Shown piece after piece: positions 27,567-40,900 of a stretch of DNA of 64,000 nt. The notes beneath the pieces are model-generated. The model was not told the DNA's origin, ran no database searches, and worked only from the letters and a program-made list of their open reading frames with translations. Both the position numbers and the translations under genes were made by a program. The DNA is from Antedon mediterranea (taxonomy: Eukaryota > Animalia > Echinodermata): the NCBI RefSeq assembly GCF_964355755.1, contig NC_092677.1, forward strand, positions 16,762,101-16,826,100. The letters are read 5' to 3'. Numbering within the stretch: the stretch's first letter is position 1; each line of letters starts with the position of its first letter.

Positions 27567-27844
27567 ATTTAAATACGTAACAGTTCGAATCCATATTCCA
27601 TTTAAATTAGGACATATTATGCAAACAACTTGATAGATTACAAAATTAATCCTTTTCCCCTTAATGAAACATTAAAACGATATTTTAAAACTGAGCTATA
27701 AACGTCGGAACAGTTCAATTATGCAGTAACTAATAGTGTTTATGAATGCGATGGTACATCCTACAGTATAGATTACACTATGTACAGTAGCTTGAAGTAA
27801 AAATAATTAATTACTAAATGGAAAGTACGATAGTTATAAAGTAC

Positions 27845-28015
27845 TTTACTTGCTACAACAAGTAGTTTATTGTTATTTTTCCATATTCTATACAAGGAAT
27901 TTGTATCTTCAGATCTACACAATTGTTCTATAGGTACGGTTGAGATCGCTTAAAATAATCATTGATTCCACCGTTTCCGTTTGAATTCAGAAATGTAGCT
28001 ACAAGTTCAAGTTAA
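27845..28015 (-). pseudogene. Heavily deleted relic of a CYP exon 1 and its upstream flank
   Basis: Fragments TATTCTATACAAGGAAT, TATCTTCAGATCTAC, TTCTATA and GATCGCTTAA match the paralog exon 1 in order. They are followed by GAATTCAGAAATGTAGCTA (compare 14841) and AGTTCAAGTTAA. Confidence 0.7.
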
Positions 28016-28329
28016 CATTTATTTACTTAAAAACAAATGTTTTATGAAATTAAAACAGACCGGAAAAGAAAAAAGTGTCTTTAAAAAATGGAAATAATTA
28101 TTTTTTTAGTTTTAAAAGTTGCATGGTCCAAAATCGTAAAATCAAAAAGGAAAAACCAACAGAAACTTGTGTTGGGCAAGCCATAGATATTATCAATAAT
28201 AATTTTGTTTCATATGCAGTAACACAACAAAAACAAACCGAACATTCACACAAATACTGAAACACAAGAAACAAACAGAAAAGGGCTGCAAACAAAGGCA
28301 GCTGATCGACTGCAATGAGTAGAGTATTT

Positions 28330-28510
28330 ATTTTTCACTTTTTCTTTTTTATTTTAGTTAAATATGGCGTTTAAAATTATAGGAAAGCTTTTCTTCGTTG
28401 TGGAGATTTTGATGTTAATTGGTAAGTTATTCCAACGTTTAGGACCACTATATCTGAAATCTGAACGATTTTTTATGCTGGGGAATATGCAAGTTTGACG
28501 CGGATCTAGT
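28330..28510 (-). mobile_element. 3' terminal fragment of a CR1/L2-group LINE
   Basis: Translates to RSDFRYSGPKRWNNLPINIK, a typical ORF2 C-terminal motif (FxYxGPKxWNxLP). Confidence 0.6.
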
Positions 28511-29149
28511 AGTAAGATAGTAAGAATTTTAATTGAATAAATTACAGAATTGGGGAGGGTATAAGCCGGTGGTTGAAGAATAAATACATGCAATGTGATG
28601 GCCTCCCATTCAAGGGCATTGAATGGGGGGTTTGGGAAGGCAAATGGTGCACATTGGGATGGAACAGTTTAGGCCATCGAAAGCGATATTCACATTAAAA
28701 CACTAGATGAATGCCGGTATATTTTGTTTTCATTTTTATAATTCAGAATTAGCAACGAAATCATTAAATCATCTAACACTATTGTATTAACTTAAAATGG
28801 TAATAAAACAAAACTCTTCTTTTTTATCAAAGTAGTCCTCATAATTGTTTTTATTAACGTACAATATATTATGGTTTACCTTGAATATGTCTTGCATTGT
28901 TTCTAGGCAGTTGATCGATTGCATTATATAATATGTTTGTGTGTAAGCCTACTTACACTATGAGTGCTCATTGGCTAAATCCTATGGTCATTACAGTCTG
29001 AAGGGGACCGGAGCAAAATATAATAGTATTTATGAAACGATCCGTTAAACGTTCGACTGTGCATGCTATCGTCCCACCGTGGCTGCCTTTTTGTTTAATA
29101 CAATTTCATCAATGCTGACACACTAAAGTCAGAATTCGAAGTTTGGTCT

Positions 29150-29470
29150 CTGCGCTACGCCAAATCATTGAGGGTCGAATCAAGTCTGAATATACCACCA
29201 CTAGGCGTCATAAGCATAAATTGAATAAGAACAATGCTCGATTAAATTACCGTAGTAATTTTTGTTACCCAAAGGGTTGTAAATTCATGGAATGCTTTCC
29301 CTACTAGCACAGTTGATGTTGACAACTACAAAATTTAAAAGACAATTTCAGAAGACGAGATGGGCTAATAGAGGGCCAGGACCGGCCCACCAGCCACTTG
29401 CACCACTCATCTAGAGTGGTGTACAGTGAGTTACGGTCAGTTAAGTGCTATTCAGTATAAATAAAGATTT
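29150..29470 (+). mobile_element. 3' terminal fragment of a CR1-like LINE
   Basis: FVTQRVVNSWNAFPTSTV resembles the CR1 ORF2 end. It is followed by a 3' UTR with hairpin potential (GGGCCAGGACCGGCCC, CACCACTC...GAGTGGTG) and AATAAA. Confidence 0.6.
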
Positions 29471-29874
29471 AAAAAAGGAATATCTTACCTTAGTGATATA
29501 AGAAGGCTTTAGAGTATTTTTAAAAATAATAAATCAAACTCTCGACCAATAGTGGTTGTCGAACAATCGATTCCAGTGGACCAAGCATTCTGTACTTCAA
29601 TTAAAGGTGTTTCCACACGCTAGTTTTTTTCTTATAATTGTTTTAAATGTTCTAAATTAAAGACATTATTTATGTCGAAAGTACTGTTAAAACGGCATGT
29701 ATATTGTGTCAACATCGTAGATTTATAGAGTGTTGAAATTTAATTTCCAAGTCCGCACCAAACAAAACGCTCTACAATCCTAATAAACAAAAACACTATC
29801 TAGACTCGGCTTATGCTATAGTAACTCTACAATTAGAATAGTATTTTAGAACTACGTGCCATATTTAGGCCTAC

Positions 29875-30297
29875 TCCAGTAATATGCCAAGTGGCTTGTT
29901 GCGTTCTTTTCTATATTCAATCCAAGGAGTGAATTGCATTCTCTCTCGATACTTGTCTTCAGATATACAGAATGGTTCTATTATAGTTTGGGATCGCTTA
30001 ACACAATCAGATCGAATATAAACATGCTGTTTCTGTACATTCCCGTCCCGTTTTCAACATTCATGTGATGGCTTTTGGTTATATCTCCTCGTAAAAGTAG
30101 CGCTGTTGATATCATTTTGTTGAAAGGCGTTCCTTGTATGCCTATCGGGGGCCTATATATTTTTAAAGCTTCTTGTCGTTAAGCGGGGGAGTGTGCTTTT
30201 AAGCCGTAGCTGTAGACGCGGAATATCGTAATTTGGTGTACTTTAATAATATTGAAATGCGTCTTTGAAATCTGTTTAGATTTCCTGCCATTGCCAT
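29875..30297 (-). pseudogene. Orphan, disabled CYP exon 1 with no downstream exons
   Basis: Reads MAMAGNLNRFQRRISILLKYTKLRYSASTATA* (TAA at 30199-30201) with several deletions, and ends ERMQFTPWIEYRKERNKPLGILLE. The donor is altered by a GGCCTA insertion. A DR1-like ACTTCA-A-AGTTCA is retained at 30319-30331. Confidence 0.88.
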
Positions 30298-31916
30298 TTT
30301 AATAATTATAAGTCCTACACTTCAAAGTTCAGCGAATAAGTCACATCGTTTTCTGACGTCATGAAAAATAAAACAATATTTATTATCTAGGCCTATTTAT
30401 CATGTGAAATACGTTATGCCACCCTACACATACATGGCACATTGTTTGTATAAATATGGTTCAAGGTCTTTTTAGTTTTCATTCCGGTCCTAGTGTTCCC
30501 TGTTTTTTTAAATGTTGAATGTAGAAAGGAGTGGAAGTGCATTGTTTTGATTGTATTTGCTGGTATTATTAGCAATACAAACCAAAATTGACCTATTTAA
30601 TTTATTTTTGATATAACATATAACCATTGATAATATCAGATTGTTACCGTTTTTTCTTTAAATGCCGGATTTGGATAATTATTATAAACTAGATGGTATA
30701 CGCATATCTAGGTCGCGCATGTCGTTTACAAGAACAAAAAACTAGACACGGTGATTTATGTGTCAACTCAAATTAAAACCCTGGGAACTACTTTCGAATG
30801 AGAAACTTTGTCACAAAATGAGTCCAAATTGTTAAGTCAAACACAATTCATGTTGTATGTAACATTATGATTGACGGATGGGGAAGAGGATGAGTGCATA
30901 GAGGAACAGTTTTTAAATATATTGTTTATCAACTTAGTAACATGTTTTATAATTAATATACCATTAAACAAACGAAAACATTAGTGATTTAATACTTTGT
31001 TGAAACTGTCACTGTCATAGGGTCTGTTTCTGCTGAAAAAATAGAAAAACCACAGAAATGATCGCGTTGCAACTTAAAATGTTCTCCGACGTTAATCGGT
31101 TATCTGGTAATCCCATTTTAAAACTCACGTCATCTATACCCACAGCGCAGTTCAAGTTTTGGAAGGCCAATGAGAGTTGGTTTGTTTACATCCTATCGCT
31201 GCCTAAAACTCTCACATGTAGGATTAAAAATTGAACTCGATAAAGCTATATTATTTGTAAAATAAACATCTAGTAGACTATGCCTACTACCGTACCATAT
31301 ACAAAAAAATAATGATGTTATATTAATAGTCAACTGAAATAGTAAAGTACATGTAACGACACAACACTACGACGTTTATAATTTTTAAAATTATTAACAG
31401 TAACAGTAACATTAACAGTATATGTGTTTTTATATCACACAGTAAAATGGTTTATATATTTATTGTCAAAAATATGTTATACACTACTTATAACTAACTA
31501 TACAGTATTGCAATACTATATTTACCATATTTTACCTAAATGTTTTAAGTTTATCCCTAAAAACAGTGTTTAGACTCTAAACACAAAGATTGTCTCCTCT
31601 TTTTTCTGACGTGTTTAATCGCTAAACGTGTTTAGATTTAACGTGTTTAGTTATTCAAAATGTTTACCAATGGTTGCTCGACTCGCTCGAAAAATAGAAT
31701 TTATGAAATTATATAAATCCGTACCAACCCACATTAAATCCTGCGTACGGTCTTTTGCGGATGGAACAACATTTTAGAAAAATAAAAACATAATCACCTC
31801 GAGGTAATAATGGTCTGCAATAATTATCATATTTCTTCGCGCAATTAATGTTTTGCAACATCTATACAATTTATTACTAGAGTAATTTTGATCACTCGTA
31901 TTTTACTTTATACACG

Positions 31917-34900
31917 TCATATTCGGTCTAGCAGGCGTAGATTAAGTGGCTGGTCAGGAACCAAAATTGCCTTTGATACTGGGTTAACCTCCTTGTCAAT
32001 TTCAAGCTGGAAGTTTTTTATAATCTACAAAATTAGAAAAGAAAGTTTTTAAACAAATTGTTTACTTTGCTTGCAAAATGTCGCATATTATAAACGATAA
32101 AGGACAGGCATATTAAACAAAGTGGAACTACTGTAAATGTGAAAAGATAAGGCAAAGAGGACTGACAGAAAAATTACCATTGGTAACAATGTGTGCAGCT
32201 CTTGTTCAGTCAAACGACGACCTAATACAGCAAAAATAATAATACTTTTTATCAATAAATGAAGTTTCACTTTGTATTACAGGGATAAATTGCTAACAAT
32301 GAAAAAATCATTTGTACTCAATGTTTAAAAGCCAGTGTACGTAACGTGCGACCTGTTTCTTTAAATTGAAAAACTCAATATTATTTCAGCCTGGATTGTT
32401 ACAAAAAGACATTGTGTCAATTGTGGATACATAATTTGGGTAGTTAGGTAAGTGAGATTGGGACGGCACTTCAAGTGCAGGTTGTTTTGTATTCCTTTAT
32501 TGTCATTGTTATTATTGGACCTGGCAGACGAGCACACATTTTATAGGCCTACCTTATACTGCTGCTTCACCACTAGTTGTGTGTATTTCGCTCCCGATAA
32601 TTTTAAACATATGGCAAGAAGTAGGAGTTTAATTTTCTAATTCGTGAGATAACTAACTTGTTGGACGAAAAAACAAAAAATATGCACTACTTAATTACAA
32701 ATTGCTTCTTAGAATTCTACCAACAAATTAATATACAATTATATAAATGGAATATTAAAAACACCAAAAAAAATGTGAGTTATTTGATGTAATTGATGTA
32801 ACACATGTTTTTCGAATGTAAAAGCAATGTCTTATTATGGAAAAATCAATCGAATATTTAAAAAGTTAGATAATAGTAACTGTTCTTTGAAGAACTTGTT
32901 TTTGGGTGTGAATGCAACAAAAAAAATAAGTTATACTCAATTGCTCTATATTCTATATACAAAATAAAAATAGTCAGAATTAGTAAAAACTCATGGATCA
33001 TGTTTAAAAATATACTTACACAAAAGCATTCCATGAATGTATTTTATTTATTTTTTTTTGGAAGGTTACTGTAAATAAACTAATTTGTACAAAAATGTAA
33101 ATAGTGCAAATAAAACAGAAAAGAAAAAAGGGAAAACACTAAAAAGAAGAGTAAACAGAAAGCACTGATAATGCTATACTCTACAAGCAACTAGTTATTG
33201 AGTTGCTTTTGATTCTCTATATTTATAGATATTGTTTCACTTTATATGTAGTGTAAATGTAAATGATTTCATGCAGAGTTTTTATAAGATGTAAGGTGAA
33301 ACTTAATATTTATAAATGAAACTATTTATATATAATTATTTAAAACATATAAAACATAATAAAATTGTTTATTTATCAAAAAGATTATGTTTTGTGAGTG
33401 AACAAAAAAACTTGTTGTTGGACGTGGTACTAAAATATAAAATGAAATAATAAGAAAAGTAAAGCTTACCGATACAACTTCGAACACCAACACCAAATGG
33501 TAACATCAAGAAATTGTTTAAACTTTCGCCTTTCATTCGATTAAGCCATCGTTCAGGTTTAAAACTCAACGGATCTTCAAAGTATTCTGGATTACGGGCT
33601 GTCGTGTACGTATCGAGAAGAACGGTTTTCTATAATAAACGTAAATTGATTTATAATATACTCGAAAGCAACAATATTAAGTATTTTTTAAACCTGCAAA
33701 TAAGGTCCAAAATGAGAAGAATCTCGATCGTATAAAAGCCATCCGACACTAATCAAGGAACACGAACATTCTGGTTCAGTGGCGGATCTAGGATCTGACG
33801 AGGGGGGGTGGCCACGAAAATGGCAAACGAGGTGCGTAGCACCGAGCGGGGGAGGGTTTGGGGGGGGTGTCCCCCTCCCGAGGGTCCGAAAATTTTTGAA
33901 AAAATAGATGCTTACACACTGTTTAATAGGCTAGAGAAACTGTTTCCATCACACTTAATAACAAATATTACATAATGTAAAGTTAAATACATCCTTCCTA
34001 AATACTGTACGGATCTTTTTCGACGAACTAATAATAAACTTTGATCGAAAAACCTTCAAACAAAATGAACATTTTGGTAATGCGGTACTCCGAAAATGCC
34101 TCGATAGAGTGCATGTGTTGTGTACCGTGTTTTGGTGGTGGTCTGTTAACCTCAGAGATATACAGTATACCCTACAGCCGGGTGAATAACTCAATGTAAT
34201 TTGGTATACAATGATCGCAGTAATCGCCGTGTCTATAACACAAATAAAAAAAACGCCAAATACGCCACATACTTTTTTCGGCCGTCCCGTGTGTACATAC
34301 AAGACATTTCATGTTTATTTTATGCCTATAAAATAATAAAAGAACACCATGTTTCTCGTTTATTTTTATCGTTTATAGTGCATACCATAATATTATACAA
34401 AAAACTTTCATGCGCGAGAAAAAAGTTCCCGATATTACACTCCACTCAGGGGTGTAAATATACCACGCCAACGCTTTGTGCACACACGGACCAGGGCGGC
34501 GGAAATTAACTGCAATGGAAAATGGTGTATTTTGGAGAGTGATGACGTCAGCATTCACACGAGGAGCGAGCTTGACAACGTGACGCTGGTAGTTTTAGGA
34601 GTGCGTGTGTTTTGAAAATGGGTATTTTCCGAAGATTGTAAATCGTGTTTTCTTTTTAAACTCTTGAATTCATAATAGTAATTAAACTCTATAGCTCTTT
34701 CACTGTGTAGGTCTATTTACACACAACTAAAATAGTAATTAAACTCTATAGCTCTTTCACTGTGTAGGCCTATTTACACACAACTATTAATGCTAACCCT
34801 AGCTCTAGTAGGGCCTAGCTAGGCCTACTCTTCTTAATTAAAAGATTAATCCACGTCTAGCGACGGTCAATCGCGATTAGGTTGCATCTTTTTTTTTTTT

Positions 34901-37900
34901 TTTTTTGAGAATTAAGGGGGGTGGCTAGCCACCCTATTCACCCCCCTAGATCCGCCACTGGGTCTTCATTGTAGAAAGATTATGGTTTCTCTTTTTCGCA
35001 GAATGTAAGCACTTACCCCAGCTGGGATATTGTATCCATCAATTTCTATATCTCTGTTAATTCGTCTTGATACTCCTGGTACAGTTGGATATAACCTGAA
35101 AACAATAGCAAAAAATAAAATAGTATAGTAGTAGTAGAGTATAACACTATTTAGTGAATGACCATACAATTCGAATGGTTGAGTGCATATCATTTCAGTA
35201 TAGAACTGAACATTTTGAAAAACGCACCCATGTTACGACAAAGTATTGTAACACCCTGATGATGAAAGTAATTAATTATCTCATTTTTGCAACAGAAACA
35301 TTTTTTTTTTGACAACGACGGCGCCCTAGGCCGAAACCTCGAACGTTCGGAAAGGCCATGCTATACGTGACTCGAATAATGATATCGATCTTCAATAATT
35401 AGATGGCCTAGAAATTAGACGAGCAAAGCTTATATTTCGGGGTAGGTGTGACCCATTTGATTATCCCGAAGCTACTTTTATAAAACTGTATCGGCTGCCA
35501 ATGGTCTCTGTCATTGACACAAATAAATACATTTTGATTTAATTTAAGTTTAGAGCGAATGATTTTTGTATGTATTCTGAATTTTGTGCTCTTTTATTTC
35601 AAGTAATAAAAGCAGTAACCATAATGCGCCCTCTCTTATTGTGAGCGAAAATGCGGAGATAAAATGTTATAGCGCCGTCATCGCTAAGAGAAAAAAATCT
35701 AATGCGCACGCATAAACAAGGAGTTTTCGTCCTAAGACATAGTTTACTGCCCTCTTAAATTTAAATTTGCGCATGCGCAAAGTAAAATTTACCAAAGAAA
35801 TCTACCTAATTTTTATGCCAAGACTTTTTGATAAATATTCTTATTTATTTGCTTAAGTACTTCTTAAATATTTCAGCTTAAGCAAAATTATAAGCAAATA
35901 TTGATAAATGCCAACCCTGAAGTTTAATGAATTATAACCAGAACAGTTACTTCAACTCTCTTGTGTAAACGCATACTGTAAGAATAGTTAACACACAAAA
36001 TACAATTCTACAACAACTTTAAATGCACAGAAATTATCATAACAACCTCAGTGTTTCCTGGATGACGGCTTTTAGATAGCTCATCTGGTTGTAGTGTTCT
36101 TTTGTTGGCGTGATGCCTTCTGGAAGAACTCGTGTCACTTCTTCGTATAAACGTTCTTGGCACTTAGGATTCTTTGCGAGGCAGTAAAGCATCCATAACA
36201 TAGAGTTTGAAGTCTGTAATAAAATAGTTGATCATGATGATGATTTTATTTCTGCAAAACATGATTTTAAGAAAGTGTTTTATTATTAGCATGTTTTAGT
36301 GTGAAAGAATAGAATAGATTGTGCTCAGATTAAACTATTAGTGCATGCTGACAGACTGTCACTAACCGTGTCTACTGCCGATGCTAGCAGTTCTGTCATA
36401 TTTCCGTAGATTTCTTCATCACTCAATTTATTCTGTGCGACGAGGTAAGCCAGAAAACTTCCATCGTCCACTTGTTCTATGTCACTTTTAGAAAGCTGGT
36501 TTAGTTTCATATCGATTAGGTCCCGTGCTTTTAAAATAATAAATAAGCCTAATTTCTTTATACTGCTCTACCAATAAAGAAAACCGTTACATAACTATTT
36601 TTAAACCCCCCTCTAAGTCCTGAAATAACGTTAACAGACAAAATATAATGTTAATTTAAAAATACTTCTAAATTTTACTCGTTATCTTTGGCAGTAAATT
36701 GAAAAAAAAAATGTATTCAAATAATTCAATAATAATACGCCTTTGGCAAGTTTTAAAGATTACGTATTATTTTTCTGACCAGTGTTTAATAAAAGTTTAT
36801 TAGCCTTGAACCACATTATAATTCTACCTAGTTCCACATTCATTGTGTTTGCCAATAGGTTCAGGTTATCTCCACATTTGAACCCTGATGTATTATGGGC
36901 AAAGCTAATTAATTCATTTGTGTGCTTGAGTTACATATATTATTCACATATACAAGAAACAATAAAAGAGCCCAACACGAACCATTGTGGAACACCAATG
37001 CTAGTTTCCTTAATATTAGACAAAATACCATTTATAGAAACATTGTTTTCGTGATTTTACTCTTTTATCGAGAAGACGATGGTTCTGGGAATGATAATTA
37101 CTCGGGTAAAAAGGTTTTAGAAGAATCGTTCTCCTTGTACGTTTCTGTCGGTTACCATTATTGAAAATGATTGACATTCGTAAAACTAACCCTACTCTGT
37201 TTCATAGTGTTTTAGATGATTAATAACATTTTAATGTATAGTGTTTATTGTTTGGTAGAGCCTTTATAGGGGAGGGGAGGCGGATTTCATTTGAGGGAGG
37301 TGCTTATTAGAGGGATATGTGGGTTTTAATAATATGGTAACATTTATAATCAAATGATCTCTAAAAGATTTGAAAAGTGGTAAAAAAGAATAACAAATGC
37401 TTGGTAAATTGTAGATAACAGTGCGATGAATTCTAATACAAATAGCATAATTGTGTTCTTATAAATATAATACAATATTGTGTGTATAAATGTGGATAGG
37501 CGTTTGTTTAGATAGTTGGGTTGGGGTGGGGGGAGAGGTGGGATTATTATTCAAAGTGATGTTTTATTGGGGAGACGTTTATTCAAATAAATACCATCAT
37601 AATAACTAATACATTATTAAATTTAAACATCTTTTGAAACTAACTTCCGCGGCAGACGGCTCACAACATGGGCAGACATCCCGTTCCTAACGGGACACAG
37701 ATAACCTACAGTTAATCCTGCCAGCTTATTAATAAACTCGGCTATCAGGATTTCATTCGATTTTAAACAAAATGGCTTATTATCAGATCTCCCTATGTAA
37801 TTTTATAATACTATTCCCCACAATATATTTCGATGCTTTATGGCGTATATTTAATTCGATCTTTATTAATTTGCAGTATAATTTTTATTTTTTAACTAAT

Positions 37901-40900
37901 GTACCTTCATCCGCGCGGTCCGTTCCGAAAATAAACAAAAATAACGGCTGACTTAGTTGAAACCAGGCTGTTGCAACAGGGATATATAACAATTATTTTT
38001 TAACCTCCCTGGTTGCAAGGTGAACTCATCGTGAACCCGGAAATTACTTCGACCCGCGTACAATTGAAATTGAGTTGAAAATCTACCGATTAAATCAGAA
38101 ATTTTCTTTAAAAACTCTTTATAGGCTAATATCTTCCTAAGATAGAAATATGGAACAATATCGTAATAGTGAAACTAATGTTATCAAATTTACATTTCAC
38201 GGTACATCTCAGATAGATCAGGTAGGTATCCAAGGCAGAGATTTGTACCGAAGTTTTTCCATTGTGCTCGCCTATAGAATTAACCATAATTTATATAGAG
38301 ATGGTGGAATAGCTTGTTCAGTAATATACCGTGGTCGTTGACATCATTTTTGCCTCCACCTTAATTTACTATATCATTTATACTGTTCCAGGTTTTTTTA
38401 ATTTCCTTTAGTAAAATATAATAAAACATTTTCATAATACGATTTGCATGTTTACATGTGCGTAATTTTAGAGGAGAGGTGTTTTATAAATTGTCTGTGC
38501 AACACATGCTTTCTTTTGCTAGACTTTACTAGTCCTGAGCTCATCCATGGTTATTTGAACTTACCTTTTATAATTTCCTGGTGGTTTTGTGTTTTTTAAA
38601 AATATGTTTATTATATAGGCCTAATGTGTTGATAAATGCTTTGTAAGCATCATCAGGATGATAGACATCAATCCAATCAACAGCAATTTGGATTTATATT
38701 TAAAATATACTTTACATTTTCAGTTAAAGAAGATCATTATGGCTAAAATAGCTAATCAATAAATTTTGTTCAGAAGGAATCATGTTTAATTCAAAATAAT
38801 TATATCATAATGTCACCTGAAAGAAACTGGAAAAATTTTATAATTTTAAAAAGAAGTATGGTATTGTAAATTAATTATAATATTGTATTGAAGTATGCAT
38901 ATTGTCCACCATACTGCGACTACAAATAATGGTCAGCTAAAAATTAGAATAATAACATGATTTTAATTGAAGACATTTTACCAAAGTTTGTGTCTTTTGG
39001 TATAAAACATTGATAGTCTACTGTAGTTACTACAGTGAAAACACTGTACCTTTGTTTTTCACTCCAATAATAAAACTATTTTATTTTGTTTCAATGTGGA
39101 AGTTTATGAGTTCATAACTAATAATCTGTGTGTATCATTACCAATTTAAACAAATGAGAGGTAAGCAGTAAGAGTCATCATATAGTTTAATTATATTTTT
39201 TTTAATTTTAATTCATATTTATGAGTTACACCGCGTTTTTACGTTGATTTGTTTGTCAGACACGGAGTAGGTAATTTGGATACTGTTAAGTGATCAGATA
39301 TGTCTGAGATTAGTATACCAGATTCAGAAAATGTATTTGAGAAAACGTTGTCAACTAATGAGGGTGTATTGTTTTGTATTCTAGTCGAAACTCGATGAGT
39401 AAAATGAATGCGACATCATTACTTCTAGAAAATCATTTACAAACTCGGTCGATGCGTGTAATTTAATGTTAAAATCACCCATCAATTGGTTGGCATGATT
39501 ATTTAATTAAAAAGTACTATGTTTGGTATATAATACGAAAAGTTGTATTGTTACATTTTTTTTATTAAATACATTCACACGATTCAATACATAATATTGT
39601 TTCTCTCCTTTATATCTATTTTAGAAGCAACAAACATACCCACTCCCTTTTCCTTTACGATTCTATCTAATGCAAGGAAGTCATGGAACAGTAAATATTG
39701 TCTGCACGATGTATTGTTTCACCATATTTCCGATATTCCTATTATTGTAAAGGAGTGGTTGATTAAGTTTAAGTATTTAGTTCATCAATGTGTTTATGAT
39801 ACTTCGAATAGTATAGTGAAGGAAAGAATAACCAATATGTTTTAATTTCTTTACAGATTAATTTAAGTCATATTGCCTCATATAAGAACATGTCTCAATA
39901 GCATTTAGCCTATTTCTAACACTATATTCAATAAATGAGTCATGTTCATTATTACTGTTACCAAATATGGATTAAATAGTATATACATTGGATTAGATAT
40001 TTCGTTTGCATCACCCATAGCTGTATTGTTTTTTTTTTCTCTTTTGTGGCGCAAACACCACTTTTATTCACATTCATATTATCTCATATTACATAAAATC
40101 AGTACAGTACAGTATTATTTAACTTGTAAATGTCGTTACAGTTCATAAGTAACATTTTTACATATATGAATTCTGTATTACTCCTTTTTTTTCATTAATT
40201 TTCTTATATTTTGTTATACACTTGACAGGATCATCATTATCATCTATCCCGTTTTAAAATAGTTCACACATTTTCATCTGTTTGTTTTTATTTTACAACC
40301 CGGATTATACAATATATTTATATACATGATAAAAAAACAATAATAGCTCAGTACCACCAGTAACCCGTATCACTGTAATTCTTTTTCTGTTAATCGTATC
40401 AAATTAGAAATTATATTATCATAATCGTATTTCTTAAAGCTACCCATTTTTCTATACTTGTTTCTTTATTGTTATATAACATATTGCTTTTAAATGAATT
40501 CCATAAAGATTTACCCACTGGCTTATTTAGTGCAGATAACATTTTTATTCTATAAATAGTAAATATAGCTGTATTGTTGTCAATGCTTTGATTTTGTATG
40601 TTTTTTGATTGTTTTAGTCTAAGAACTATATATTTTATTATTGTTTATATCTACTACTTAACTTTAGTTTTAACAATTGTTACAATTTGTGGTAACAAAG
40701 GAATATTGTTTTTACAATACTTACAGACTCTGAAGAGCAAATCCCATGATTCTTTATGAAGTTTGTAAGATTTAGTTTTCAGCATCTTTTGAATAAAATA
40801 AGGTTTCAACATCAGGTCAACAGTTGTCGCCAATACGTTTTGAAAAGCGTAGACAAACTCGTCAATTTCTTCATGAATCTTCGGTGAATTCTTGTCCAAA

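Noticed and set aside
27415-27594. N-terminal ORF extensions of CYP copy 4 (also copy 3 to 20486 and GPCR1 to 51094)
   Set aside because: They are not conserved among paralogs, and the paralog-aligned ATGs lie downstream. The copy 4 extension runs through the conserved upstream motifs, and the other two begin at non-ATG codons.
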